DNA of 64,000 nt, taken from NCBI RefSeq assembly GCF_030144855.1, contig NC_082719.1:51770001-51834000 (forward strand). The letters run 5' to 3'. The position numbers and the translations under genes were made by a program. The notes beneath the pieces are model-generated. The model was not told where the DNA came from. It saw only the letters and a program-made list of their open reading frames with translations, and made no database searches. Numbering within the stretch: position 1 is the stretch's first letter; the number at the start of each line of letters is the position of its first letter. Origin of the DNA: Hypanus sabinus (Eukaryota). This document shows positions 52,886 through 64,000 of this stretch, one piece after another.

Positions 52886-53490
52886 CACAAGCTGCTGGAG
52901 GAACGCAATGGGTCAGGCAGCACTTGTGAAGGAAAATGGACAATGTTTTGGGTTGAGACCCATCATTTAGACTGATCAATGGATGGGACTGATAAAGACA
53001 TGAAGGAAAGAGATGGAGCAAGAGCTAATAAGTGATAGATGGATCTGGGTGACAGGCAGAGAGAGGAGAAGAGTATGGAGATAGCAACAGATTCTGAGAA
53101 ATGATAAGTGGAGATGACAAAAAGGCTATCGACGAAATCTGACAAGAATTAAGGTGAGAGGTGTAGGTGATAGGCAGATGGAGTGGATAGAGGAGGGGTA
53201 AGCAACAGGTGGCTGGAGTGCGTGTGGGAAGAACTGAATAGATTTGGAGGGGAGAGAAAAGGGGCAGTGGGGGAGCAGTTACTGGAAGTTGCAGAATTCA
53301 GTGTTGTTGCCATTGCGCTATTGACTACCCAGGCAGAATTAGAGCTATTCCTTTAGTCTGCATTTAGCCAAGCAGTAGAGTGCTATAACAGATGCTTTGG
53401 TGTGGGAATGGGGAGAAGAATTAAAATGGCTAGCAACTGGGAGTTCCTGGTGGCCATGGTGGGTGAAGCTCAGCAAAGTGGACAGAAATC
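52886..53490 (-). mobile_element. Penelope-like 3' remnant
   Basis: ELPVASHFNSSPHSH GIY-YIG C-terminal motif, purine-rich body, decayed hammerhead at 52938-52975 and conserved tail. Confidence 0.75.
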
Positions 53491-54175
53491 CATGAACATT
53501 AAGATCAGTTGAGTGTTTATTGATGAAATATTTTAAGATGAGGCAGGTGGCCAATAATCAAAAAGTTGCCTATTTGACTAAATCCTTTACATATTGTTAT
53601 GCTAATTATTTGCATACACCTTCATCTATTTGATTAAAAAAAAGAAAGGTATATCAAGTATGGGGCAAAATCCTCTTTCAGTTTCTAAGAGCATGAAAGA
53701 AGTTGTCTCAAGCTATTTTACATTTTAAAAAAAGGCACTGAAGATTTAAATCCCGTGATATGCTTACATCATAGTGTTTAGATTTACATTGGTTGACCTG
53801 TGCTGTTAAAGGTGCTCAATTCCATTAGTCAAGGCAGTCATAAATTATTTTTGTAGTTTCTATCAGATACAGTTTTTGGAATTGTATGATCATCCATCAT
53901 TCTCTGGGCAATTTTTAAGGAAGGATCTTGTAACAGACTACAATAGATAAAATAGATGATTCAATCAGAAGACTGATAGAAGGATCGACCATGAATTTTG
54001 ACATAATTTATAGCTGGTTAAAGGCTGAAATATATTTCCTCTCTTTCTAACTTGAGCTAACCTAGGACAGACATCATTTCCATAAGATAGCTGAAGGCAG
54101 CAAAAGCAAAACAAAAAAGAGTTCATATTTCTGTTCCAAGATGTGTGAAAAAGACTCCCTACTAATTGTTTTCAT

Positions 54176-54332
54176 NNNNNNNNNNNNNNNNNNNNNNNNN
54201 NNNNNNNNNNNNNNNNNNNNNNNNNNNNNNNNNNNNNNNNNNNNNNNNNNNNNNNNNNNNNNNNNNNNNNNNNNNNNNNNNNNNNNNNNNNNNNNNNNNN
54301 NNNNNNNNNNNNNNNNNNNNNNNNNNNNNNNN
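54176..54332. other. Assembly gap (157 N)
   Basis: Run of N ending 42 bp upstream of exon K. Confidence 1.
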
Positions 54333-54374
54333 AATCTGTTAAATCCACTGGGAAGTAACTACCTTTTGTTTTAG

Positions 54375-54530
54375 GTTGGGCTATGCCCGCATTTCACATG
54401 GTGGTCTAAGTGATACGGAAGTCCAGTTGGGGAAATTTCGGATTCCTGATGACAAAAATCATTATGAAGATAATAACAAGGTTGAAATTGATCCTGAAAA
54501 AGTACCTGAAGAACTTCACTTTAACCCCAG
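54375..54530 (+). CDS. CWH43: CWH43 coding exon K
   Basis: ttttag| ... CCAG|gtgagt; 156 nt; [52 protein letters not shown]. Confidence 0.97.
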
Positions 54531-55394
54531 GTGAGTGATAGTAAAGTTACCATCAAGGGAAGATGATGGTGATAAACTAATATAGCATATGGTGTTCAAG
54601 CAATGAAAATTTTTTCATATCCTTGTATAGAAGGAGGCTGTTCGAGCCTACTGAGTATCCTGGCTCTTGGTGAGTTCAGTTAGGCCCATTCTTCTCATTC
54701 TCTTACTTGTAGCTTATTCTCTCTCACATGCCCCAACTCTCCCTTAATTCTCCTGCTATCTCCCTACAATTTGGCGCAATTTACAATGCTCAATTAATCT
54801 AAGAGAAAGTCAGTTTTTGGAAAGTGGAGAAATCCATGATCACAAAGAAGGCACAAAAACCCCAAACGGTTAGCATCCAAGGTCAGGATCACTGGCATTG
54901 TGTTGCAGCAGCACTAGATGTTAAGTGTGCCTCAGTAGGAGTGACACAAGTAGAAATCAACTGAATCGATTAGCCTATATCTGTTTTTCATTTAATCCTC
55001 ATAGCCCCAAATGCTTCCCATCATAAGCTTTTATCTGGGAGAGAAAAGAGAGCAGGAGAAAAAAATACTGTAATTAATTTCCAAAGAAAGAATTCAGTTG
55101 AACTCTTTGCCATTTCCCAAAGTGATCAAAACAAATTCCAGGAGACTACAATAATCAGGAGGCACACTATCTGACATCATATCTATATCATTATTAATTG
55201 ACCTTAGCCAAGAATGTAATTACCTTTGGTGTTTTTCACTTGATTTGTAGAATCTGAATAAGTGCTCGTCAACAGGTATTATCCAAAGAATTTGATACAA
55301 AAATCTCATTAATAATACATAGAGGTTACTGGATAATTAAGACCTCATCAGATCCATCTTGGATATAAAAGGGATTTAAAACATTTATTTATTT

Positions 55395-55653
55395 TATTTA
55401 TTGAGATACGTCAGAGAATAGGCCCATCTAGCCCTTTGAGCCACACCACCCAGCAATATCCAGTAATTCAAAATGACCAATTAACCTATTGACTGGTACC
55501 TCTTTGGACTATGGGAGGAAACCTGAGCACCTGGAGGAAACCCACGTGGTCACAGGGAGAATGTACAAGCTCCTGACAGGTAGCGGTGGGAATTGAACCC
55601 TGGTCGCCTGTACCGTAAAGTGTCGTGCTAACCACTATGCTACCGTGCCACCC
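55395..55653 (-). mobile_element. tRNA-derived V-SINE (HE1-like)
   Basis: Reverse strand A box TAGCATAGTGG, B box GGTTCAATTCC, V-domain GGGTTTCCTCCAGGTGCTCAGGTTTCCTCCCATAGTCCAAAGA; a more decayed copy lies at about 54630-54930. Confidence 0.85.
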
Positions 55654-55654
55654 A

Positions 55655-56255
55655 TAGAACAGTATAGCACAGTAAAGGCCCTTCGATCCACGCTGTTGTG
55701 CTGACCTTTAAAGCTACTCCAATATCAATCTAACGTTTCCCTCTTACATATTCCTCCTTGTTTCTATCATCCATGTGCCTTTCTAAGATTCTCTTAATTG
55801 TCTCTAATGTGTCTGCCTCTCCCACCAATGCTGGCAGCATCTTCCATGAACCTATCACTTTGTGCTTTTTAAAAAATTTGTACCTCTGACATCCCCACCT
55901 ATACTTTCCTCCAAAACTATAAAATTGTGCTCTCTTGTATCTGCTATTTCTGCCTCCTATCATCTTGTACATCTGTCAAGTTGCATCTCATCCTCCTTTG
56001 CTCCAAAGAAAAAAGGCCTAGCTTGTTCAACCTTTACTTCTAAAGCAGTATCCTGGTGAATCTCTACACCCTAAAATCTCCACATTCTTCCTATAACGAG
56101 GTGACCAGAAATAAGCACAATACTCCAAGTGTGGTCTAACCAGTTCTACAGAGATGCAACATTATCTTGTGGCTCTTGAACTCAGGCCTCTGACTAACAA
56201 AGGCCAACGTACCATATGCCTTTTTAACCATCCTATAAACTTTGTGCAACAAATT
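55655..56255 (-). mobile_element. Older CR1 3' part; host of the young CR1, continues from 60044 to about 61830 in fragments
   Basis: LVRPHLEYCAYFWSP; the sequence reads through when 56256-60038 and one TSD copy are removed. Confidence 0.8.
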
Positions 56256-59200
56256 CCCATTAACAATAAGTATACCGTACTGGATACTGTTGATGGGGAT
56301 GACCTACCAGGAATGAGTTGTAGTGGTCCTGCCTCTGGCACAGAGGTTGAACCCTCAACTCGAAAGGGGAGGAGGGAAGAGAAGAGAGCGATAGTTTTAG
56401 GGGATTCTATAGTCAGGGGGGGCAGATCGGGAATCTCGGATGGTATGTTGCCTCCCTGGTGCCAGGGTCCGGGACATCTCAGATCGGGTGCAGGCTATTC
56501 TTCAGAACGAGGGCATGAACCCAGATGTAGTGGTCCATGTAGGGACCAACGATGTAGGTAAGGTGAGTGAGGGCATCCTGCTTAGAGAGTTCAGGGAGTT
56601 AGGAGTGAAGCTGAAAGGCAGGACCTCCAGGGTGACAATCTCGGGATTGCCTCCTGTGCCACGTGCGAGTGAGGCGAAGAATAGAATGATTATGCACCTT
56701 AATACGAGGCTGAGAGCATGGTGCAGGAAGGAAGGGTTCAGATTTTTGGATAATTGGTCTTTGTTCCAGGGATGTTGGGATCTGTTTCGAAGGGACGGTC
56801 TACATCTGAACTGGAGGGGTACTAACATTCTTGCAGGAATGTTTGCCAGTGCTGCTCGGGGGGGGGGGGGGTTTAAACTAGATGTGCGGGGGCAGGGATC
56901 CAGATTACGAGAGAAGATGATATGATGAAGGATAAGGGACAGGTGGGGAATACACGTTTCCCAAGTATTAATTGTGTAAAGGAGAAAGGAGAGACAGAAC
57001 ATGTGTTGGAAAAGTTACATGTACAGAGGGTTGGTCAGAAGGAGCATGGGGTTAAATGTGTAGAAGGTTTGGGTGATCTTGAGAAGGTCATCAAAATTCA
57101 GGGTGCAATTAGCCCGATGGAAGTTCAAGGAGCTGGGTTAGGTACAATAGACAGTCTTTTAAGCAAAGAAAGGAGGAATGGGCTAAGAATTCTATACTTG
57201 AATGCGCGTAGTGTCAGACAGATGAGCTTGAAGCTCAGATGAAAATGGGGAACTACAATATTGTTGGGATAACGGAGACATGGCTGCAAGGGGATCAGGC
57301 CTGGGAATTGAGTGTACCAGGGTATACGTGCTATCGTAGAGACAGAAATATGGGAAGAGGGGGTGGGGTGGCCCTGTTGGTGAGGAATGAGATTCAGTCC
57401 TTAGCAAGAGGTGACTTGGGAACAGGGGAAGTAGAGTCTGTGTGGATTGAGCTGAGGAACAGTAAGGGTAAAAAGACCCTAATGGGTGTTGTGTACAGGC
57501 CCCCAAACAGTAGCGTGGATATTGGGTACAAGTTGATTAGGGAGTTAACATTGGCATGTGCTAAAGGTAATGCAGTCGTTATGGGAGATTTCAACATGCA
57601 GGTGAACTGGGAGAATCAGGTAGGTGCTGGACCCCAGGATAGGGAGTTTGTGGAGTGTCTAAGGGATGTATTTTTGGAACAGCTTGTGCTTGAGCCAACC
57701 AGGAACGAGGCTATTTTGGACTTGGTGATGTGTAATGAACAGGAATTGATGTGATCTTGAAGTAAAGGAGCCATTAGGAAGTAGTGATCATAACATGATA
57801 AGTTTTTATCTACAATTTGAGAGGGATAAGGGCAGATCAGAGGTGTCAGTGTTGCAATTAAATAAAGGAGACTACGGAGCCATGAGGGAAGAGCTGGCCA
57901 AAGTTAAATGGGCGGATGCCCTCGCAGGAAAGACAGTGGATCAGCAGTGGCAGATATTCTTGGGGATAATACAAAAGATGCAAAAGCAATTCATTCCAAT
58001 GAGAAGGAAGGATTCAAAGAGGGGGAAGGGGCCACAGTGGTTGACAAAGGAAGTCAGAGATTGTATAGCATTAAAGAAAAAGAAGTATGACAGGGCTAAG
58101 ATGAGTGGGAATACAGATGATTGGGAAAGTTTTAAGGAACAGCAGATCTTAACTAAAAAAGCAATACGGAGAGAAAAAATCAGGTATGAGCTCAGTCTAG
58201 CCAGGAATATAAAAGGGGTTAGCAAAAGCTTTTTTAGCTATGTGAAGAGAAAGAAGATAGTTAAGAACAACGTTGGCCCCTTGAAGAATGAATTGGGAAA
58301 AATTGTTATGGGAAACAGGGAAATGGCAACAGAATTTAATGCATACTTTAGATCTGTCTTCACCAGGGAGGATACAAGCAATCTCCCAGATGTATGGATG
58401 GGCCAGGGTCATAAAATATCAGAGGAATTGAGACAGATTGACATTAAGAAAGAAACTGTGATGAGTAGACTGGTAGGACTGAAGGCTAATAAATCCCCGG
58501 GTCCAGATGGTCTGCATCCGAGGGTTCTAAAAGAGGTGGCTCAGGAAATTGCGGATGCATTGGTAATCATTTTCCAATGTTCCTTAGATTCAGGATCAGT
58601 TCCTGAGGATTGGAGAGTGGCTAATGTTATCCCACTTTTCAAGAAGGGAGGGAAGGAGAAAACAATCGCCCTGTTAGCCTAACGTCAGTCGTGGGGAAGA
58701 TGCTTGAGTCCATTATTAAGGACGAAATAGTGGCACATCTTGATGGCAGTAATAGAATTAGGCCGAGCCAGCATGGATTTACCAAGGGCAAATCATGCTT
58801 GACTAATCTGTTGGAGTTTTTTGAGGGTGTAACAGGGATGTTAGACGAGGGTAACCCAGTGGATGTTGTGTACCTAGATTTTCAGAAGGCATTCGATAAG
58901 GTGCCACATAGGAGATTGGTGAGTAAAATCAGAGCTCATGGCATTGGCGGCAGGGTTTCAACATGGATAGAAAACTGGTTGGCAGATAGAAAGCAAAGGG
59001 TAGCAGTGAATGGGTGTTTCTCAGACTGGCTGGAGGTGACTAGTGGGGTACCACAGGGCTCTGTATTGGACCACAGCTCTTTACGATTTATGTCAACGAT
59101 TTAGATGAGGGCATTGAAAACTATATCAGCAAGTTTGCTGACGATACTAAACTGGGTGGCAGTGTGACATGCAAAGAGGACGTTAGGAGAATACAGGGAG

Positions 59201-60038
59201 ACTTGGATAGGCTGGGTGAGTGGGCAGATACTTGGCAGATGTCATTCAATGTGAATAAATGTGAAGTTATCCACTTCGGAAGCAGGAACAAGAGGGCAGA
59301 GTATTGTCTGAACGGTGTAGAGTTAGGTAAGGGAGAAATGCAAAGAGACCTAGGAGTCCTAGTTCATCAGTCAATGAAGGTGAATGAGCAAGTGCAACAG
59401 GCAGTGAAGAGGGCAAATGGACTGTTGGCCTTTATTACAAGGGGAATTGAGTACAAGAGCAAGGATGTCCTTCTGCATTTGTACAGGGCCCTGGTGAGAC
59501 CACACCTGGAATATTGTGTACAGTTTTGGTCTCCAGGTTTGAGGAAGGACATTCTGGCAATTGAGGAAGTGCAGCGTGGATTCTCTAGGTTGATTCCTGG
59601 GATGGCAGGGCTGTCTTACGCAGAGAGATTGTAGAGATTGGGCTTGTACACACTGGAATTGAGGAGATTGAGGTAAGATAATTAAAGGATTTGATAGGAT
59701 TGAGGCAGGAAATATGTTCCAGATGTTGGGAGAGTCCAGTACCAGAGGGCATGGATTGAGAATAAGAGGTCAGTTATTTAAAACAGAGTTGAGGAAGAAC
59801 TTCTCCCAGAGAGTTGTGTGGGTCTGGAATACACTGCCTCGGAAGACGGTGGAGGCCAATTCTCTGGATGCTTTCAAGAAGGAGCTGGATAGATATCTGA
59901 TGGATAGGGGAATCAAGGGATATGGGGACAAGGCAGGGACTGGGTATTGATAGTGAATGATCAGCCATGATCTCAGAATGGCGGTGCAGACTCGAGGGGC
60001 CGAATGGTCTACTTCTGCACCTATTGTCTATTGTCTAT
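56256..60038 (+). mobile_element. Near full-length young CR1 LINE: ORF1 SGNH esterase, ORF2 APE plus RT (frameshifted)
   Basis: ORF1 GDSIVRG, LPGARV, VVHVGTND, DGLHLN; APE YLNARS, GITETWL, YRPPN, MGDFN, SDH; RT QHGF.KGKSCLTNL, YLDFQKAFDKV, GVPQGSVL, FADD at 59134-59145; 3' (CTATTGT)n tail; TSD AAATT (56251-56255, 60039-60043). Confidence 0.97.
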
Positions 60039-60320
60039 AAATTTGAGGAATTTATGAATGTAAACTCCAAGATTCTTCTGTTCCTCAACACTGCTTACAA
60101 AATGTATATTAAAAGCAGCACAATCAGCCTCCTGGATAGGGGATAAAAGCTTCCTCAGATCTTCTCAAAATTACATGCTCTTTATTTTAAACATGTGCCC
60201 TCTGGCCTTAGACACCTTGATCACAGGGCAAATGATTGTTTACCTCTCATAATTTTGTATACCAAATTTCCACTGAGTTTCCTCTGCTCCAACTAACTTG
60301 TTTCTCTCTTTTTTTCCCCC

Positions 60321-60415
60321 AAAGTCTAATGAAGGATTCTCATCTGAAACATCAATGGTTTCTCTTTCCACAGATGCTGCCTGACCTGACTAGTTTCCGC
60401 AGTATTTTGTTTTTA
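60321..60415 (+). repeat. Penelope-type tail with decayed hammerhead
   Basis: CTAATGA-A-GGAT TCTC ATCT-GAAA-CATC followed by cagatgctgcctgacctg tail. Confidence 0.7.
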
Positions 60416-60941
60416 TTATGTTGGTTTAGTCATCCTTATCGTACATGCATAAACCTAGCCTGTGGGACAGATCCCACCACTGTACTAATAACAACTTATT
60501 ACACAGATCTAGAGATTCTGATTAACTACCCCCATTAACCTATTTCAGCTCAAATACATCCATATTTTCTGTGAATGCCAGCTACATTTACCCCTAAATG
60601 ATTGATTTATCTAACAAACATAAGGAGTCTCAGCACCAAGGCCTCTGATACATCACTGAATAAGCCAATTTTGGATCCAGTTTACTAACTTGCTCTGGAT
60701 CCCATGGGTTCTAAACTATTGCACCAAATTTCCATGCAGGATCTTGCCAAAGGCTGTATTAACTGCACTCCCCATTAATGCACTTTACTGTCATTTTGAA
60801 AATGTCAGATTGGTCAGTCATGATCTCCCGCATTGATTAATCCTTGCCTTTACAAATGTAGATTAATCCTGTTTCTCGGAACTTTTTCTAAAAACTTCCT
60901 GTCACTGGCATTGGATTCACAGGGCATCGATTACCTGAGCG

Positions 60942-61066
60942 ACACACACAAATTGCTGGAGGAACTCAACAGGTCAGGTAGCATCTATGCAAATGACTGA
61001 AATGTCAACAGTCTATTCATTTCCATGGATACTGCCTGACATGTTCCTGCAGCATTTTGTGTTTGT
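60942..61066. repeat. Fold-back element of inverted Penelope-type tails
   Basis: Arms 60942-60996 and 61017-61066 are reverse complements; loop ctgaaatgtcaacagtctat. Confidence 0.85.
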
Positions 61067-61829
61067 TGCTGTGGATTTCCAGCATCTGCAAAATTTCTCA
61101 TGTTTATGATTTCCTTCAAGCACCTGGCTTATTCTTGCTGGCTTTCTTAAATAAGGGCACCACATTTCCTGTCTTCCAGTCATCTGATGTTTTTTTCTGT
61201 GGCTAGCAAACATTTAACCATTTGTGAGGGTTTCAATGATCATGCAGTATTAGCTAAGAATGCATTTATTTGGATTTCAGAAATTTGTTTATCTTTAAGC
61301 CTGCTAAGAAATCTAATACCTTATGCTTTTTAATATTCATTTATTCCAAAACTTACCTCTCTGAATTGTCGAGGAAGATTATTCTTCCTAGTGAACACAG
61401 AAGAAGTATTAATTTAATACCTTACCAGCATTCTCTACTTTATGCCCATTTGCCCCTTTGGTTCTTTTTGAACCATACTCTTTCCCTGGTTACCCTCTTG
61501 CTCTAATATATTTATAAAATGCTTTTTATTTTCTTTTTGACATTTTCTGCTTCCTCTTCCCTTACTGATTTCTTTATTAGTTACCCCTTAAACCTTCTAT
61601 ACTCAAGTCACGTTTCCCACATTTTCACTTTTCAATACCTGTGATAGGCTTGAAATGTATAGTCACAATTGTCCAAAGTGCTCTCCCACTGATTCTCCAA
61701 ACGTTTGTTTAGTTATAGTCCAAGACAAGGTATAGTACTTTACTTTATCCTATAGGATAATCTATGTACATCTCAAATCTCTCCTGAATGCAATGTAAAA
61801 ATTCCAGCCCATGTCCCCACTGTGCCTTT

Positions 61830-62495
61830 CAGAATCAGGTTTAATATCATTAACATATGTCATGAATGTTTTTGTTTTGGGACAGCTATATAGTGCAATA
61901 CATAATAAAACACTATAAATTACAATAAGAAACAAATAAAAAAGAAATTAAATAAGCAGTGCAAACAGAGAGGGAAAGTAATGGAGCTGGCTGATTTTGC
62001 AATTTCTGCAGTTTTTTCTGATCCTGTGCAGTGGCCCCTCCATGCCAGACGGTGATGCAACCGGTTAGAATGCGCTCCTCAGTACCACTGTAGAAATTTG
62101 CTAGTCTTTGGTGACATACCAAATCTCCTTAAGACTCCCAATAAAATATTGCTGCTTTCATGCTGCCTTTGTAATTATATCAATATTTTTGGCCCAAGAT
62201 CTTCAAAGATGTTGACACCCAGCAACTTAACTACCTTTCTACCTTTTAACCTCTCTGCTGCTGATCCCTGTGAGGACTGGTGTGTGTTCCCTCAACTTCC
62301 CCTTCCTGAAGTCCACAATTATTCCTTTGTCTTAATGATGTTGAGTACAAAGTTGCTGCTGGGTAACCACTCGACCAACTGATCTATCTTATTCCTGTAC
62401 ACCACCTCATCACTATCTGAAATTCTGCCAACAATAGTTGTGTTATTGACAAATTTATAGATGGTGTTTGAGCATGGGTGTAGAGAGAGTAGACC
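61830..62495 (-). mobile_element. Rex1/Babar LINE 3' fragment
   Basis: LANFYSGTEERILTGCITVWHG..TAQD.KKLQ; NNFVLNI.KTKE.IVDFRK. Confidence 0.8.
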
Positions 62496-62632
62496 ACATC
62501 CCTGAGACAGAACTTAAAAGTTCCATTGAAACAATGACTACATCATGTTTAATAAGAAGTTGTGTGGGATAACTGGTTAATTTATTGCTTGTTTTATGTT
62601 TTCATTAATACTATTAGAACTTTCCCTCCTAG

Positions 62633-62747
62633 GTTTGGATCCTTTAAGATTGGACACAACTATGAACACATTCACCACTTTCATATGAACACCCCAAAGT
62701 ACTTTATTCATCAGAATGAAAAAGGGGAAAATAAAATGCGTACATGA
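62633..62747 (+). CDS. CWH43: CWH43 terminal coding exon L
   Basis: tcctag|; [37 protein letters not shown] then TGA at 62745-62747. Confidence 0.95.
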
Positions 62748-63858
62748 TTGCATTAATAATATAGGAAACTTTTTGATACTCATTGAATATTTCTACATAT
62801 CAGTGAGGTTACATAACTCTTTATTAAGAATCTTACTGTGTTGACCGAAACTTTAGAAACCATCTACAAGAACAATGTTTTATAATAGAATCCATAGTAT
62901 TTATGACTAAAATGAAAGTTTTTGACCTCTTTCGTAACAAACTAAGTTAGTGATTATTCATTGCTTCCTATTATGTTCCACAAACCTTTCCAATGCTTCT
63001 AATTGTATTTATTCTTGTATAAACTGAACAAACTATAGAAGAAGAAAAGAAAATCAAAAATACACAACCAGTTATAAAACTTCCCTGTTGTTACCTCCAT
63101 AAACTTGGAAATGTTATAATGTTGGAAATGTTAAATGAAGATGTCCTTTCTCACATGAGCAGATAGCTGGGATCTGACAAGGCTGTTCTTGATCTAGAAA
63201 TGGTGGAAATATCTGTAGTTAAGCTTTTATAATGATGGGTAATCTGCATCTTAGTTCCAAGCACCATTACATCAAAGACATACAGTCATTCAAATGGATT
63301 CCCCTGCAGCATTATGCTTTACCTGTTTGGAAGATGTATAAAAAAAAATTGCGCTAGATTTCAGTATGCCTTGCTGAATAATACTACAGTAAATATCTTA
63401 TACCCTCGCCACCCTCAGGACTGTGGACTATAAGATTTTCTGGACTAATGCATGCTACTCCAGTGAATGCCCCAACACACATTTTCACTTTTTTTTAATG
63501 CTACATGGCTGCGTAATATTTCAGTGACTCCGGTGGGCATGCAAGGAGTGGAACTAGAGTCCCAGTGTGTCTAAAGGGAATAGGAAGAGAATGCTCTGAG
63601 TTTCAATAGCACTCCATACCTCAGCTCTGCTTGGAAAACCAGCCACATTCCTGACCACAGTCACACACCCAGTCCATAATCAGGATTCCAGTTCTGGCTA
63701 CACATCTCACTTGCACAGTCTTGGTACATACTCAGGACTAATGAGTAAGCCAGATGTTGAACCACTGGGATTTCTGAACGGCAGAGAATTATTGCTTTAC
63801 TGTAAGTAATAAGTTGAAGAAAACAAAATGGAAATATTTATAAAGTGGGGATAATCTT

Positions 63859-63864
63859 AATAAA
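63859..63864 (+). terminator. Candidate CWH43 polyadenylation signal (AATAAA)
   Basis: First canonical hexamer I noticed downstream of the stop, about 1.1 kb away. The context is AT-rich, so a chance match is possible. Confidence 0.3.
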
Positions 63865-64000
63865 ATAGATAAGGGATAGAACTCATTGACTTTTTGAAAT
63901 ATGATTGTAGATGAAAAAAAGTCCTGTAAGATTGAGTTTGTATTAGAAACCTTCTATGCAAGAAGATCTTATAGCTTAGCTAGATCACTCAAACCATTTC

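Noticed and set aside
55560-55653. tRNA gene
   Set aside because: The A/B boxes continue into a V-SINE core and LINE-like tail; no proper cloverleaf end.
56154-56925. Host GDSL/SGNH lipase gene
   Set aside because: It is CR1 ORF1, directly upstream of APE-RT and inside the TSD. The ORF's 5' part is antisense sequence of the older CR1.
62730-62744. C-terminal dilysine ER-retrieval signal in CWH43
   Set aside because: The tail ...ENKMRT fits neither KKxx nor KxKxx.

Overview
Eukaryotic, repeat-rich, AT-rich vertebrate DNA. The repeat complement (HE1/V-type tRNA SINE, abundant CR1, Rex1/Babar, Penelope tails) suggests a cartilaginous fish, probably a ray; this is inference. The window holds the 3' part of one + strand gene, CWH43 (PGAP2-interacting protein, GPI-anchor lipid remodelling). 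I found 12 coding exons between 2567 and 62747, all with GT-AG borders and phases that join into one open frame (1619 nt, about 538 aa) ending at TGA 62745-62747. The 5' exons appear to lie upstream of the window. The introns contain many nested transposons: a near full-length CR1 LINE with an SGNH-esterase ORF1, Penelope elements with GIY-YIG endonuclease, Gypsy remnants and solo LTRs, two hAT fossils, Rex1/Babar and R4/Dong fragments, SINEs and a MITE. Many have readable target-site duplications (TSDs). The most interesting signal is a dispersed set of minimal type I hammerhead-ribozyme motifs at Penelope-derived termini. One copy (47224-47257) keeps the full catalytic core, in the sense orientation of the CWH43 pre-mRNA. 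Most ORFs in the supplied track are spurious or transposon fragments. No prokaryotic-type system is present.
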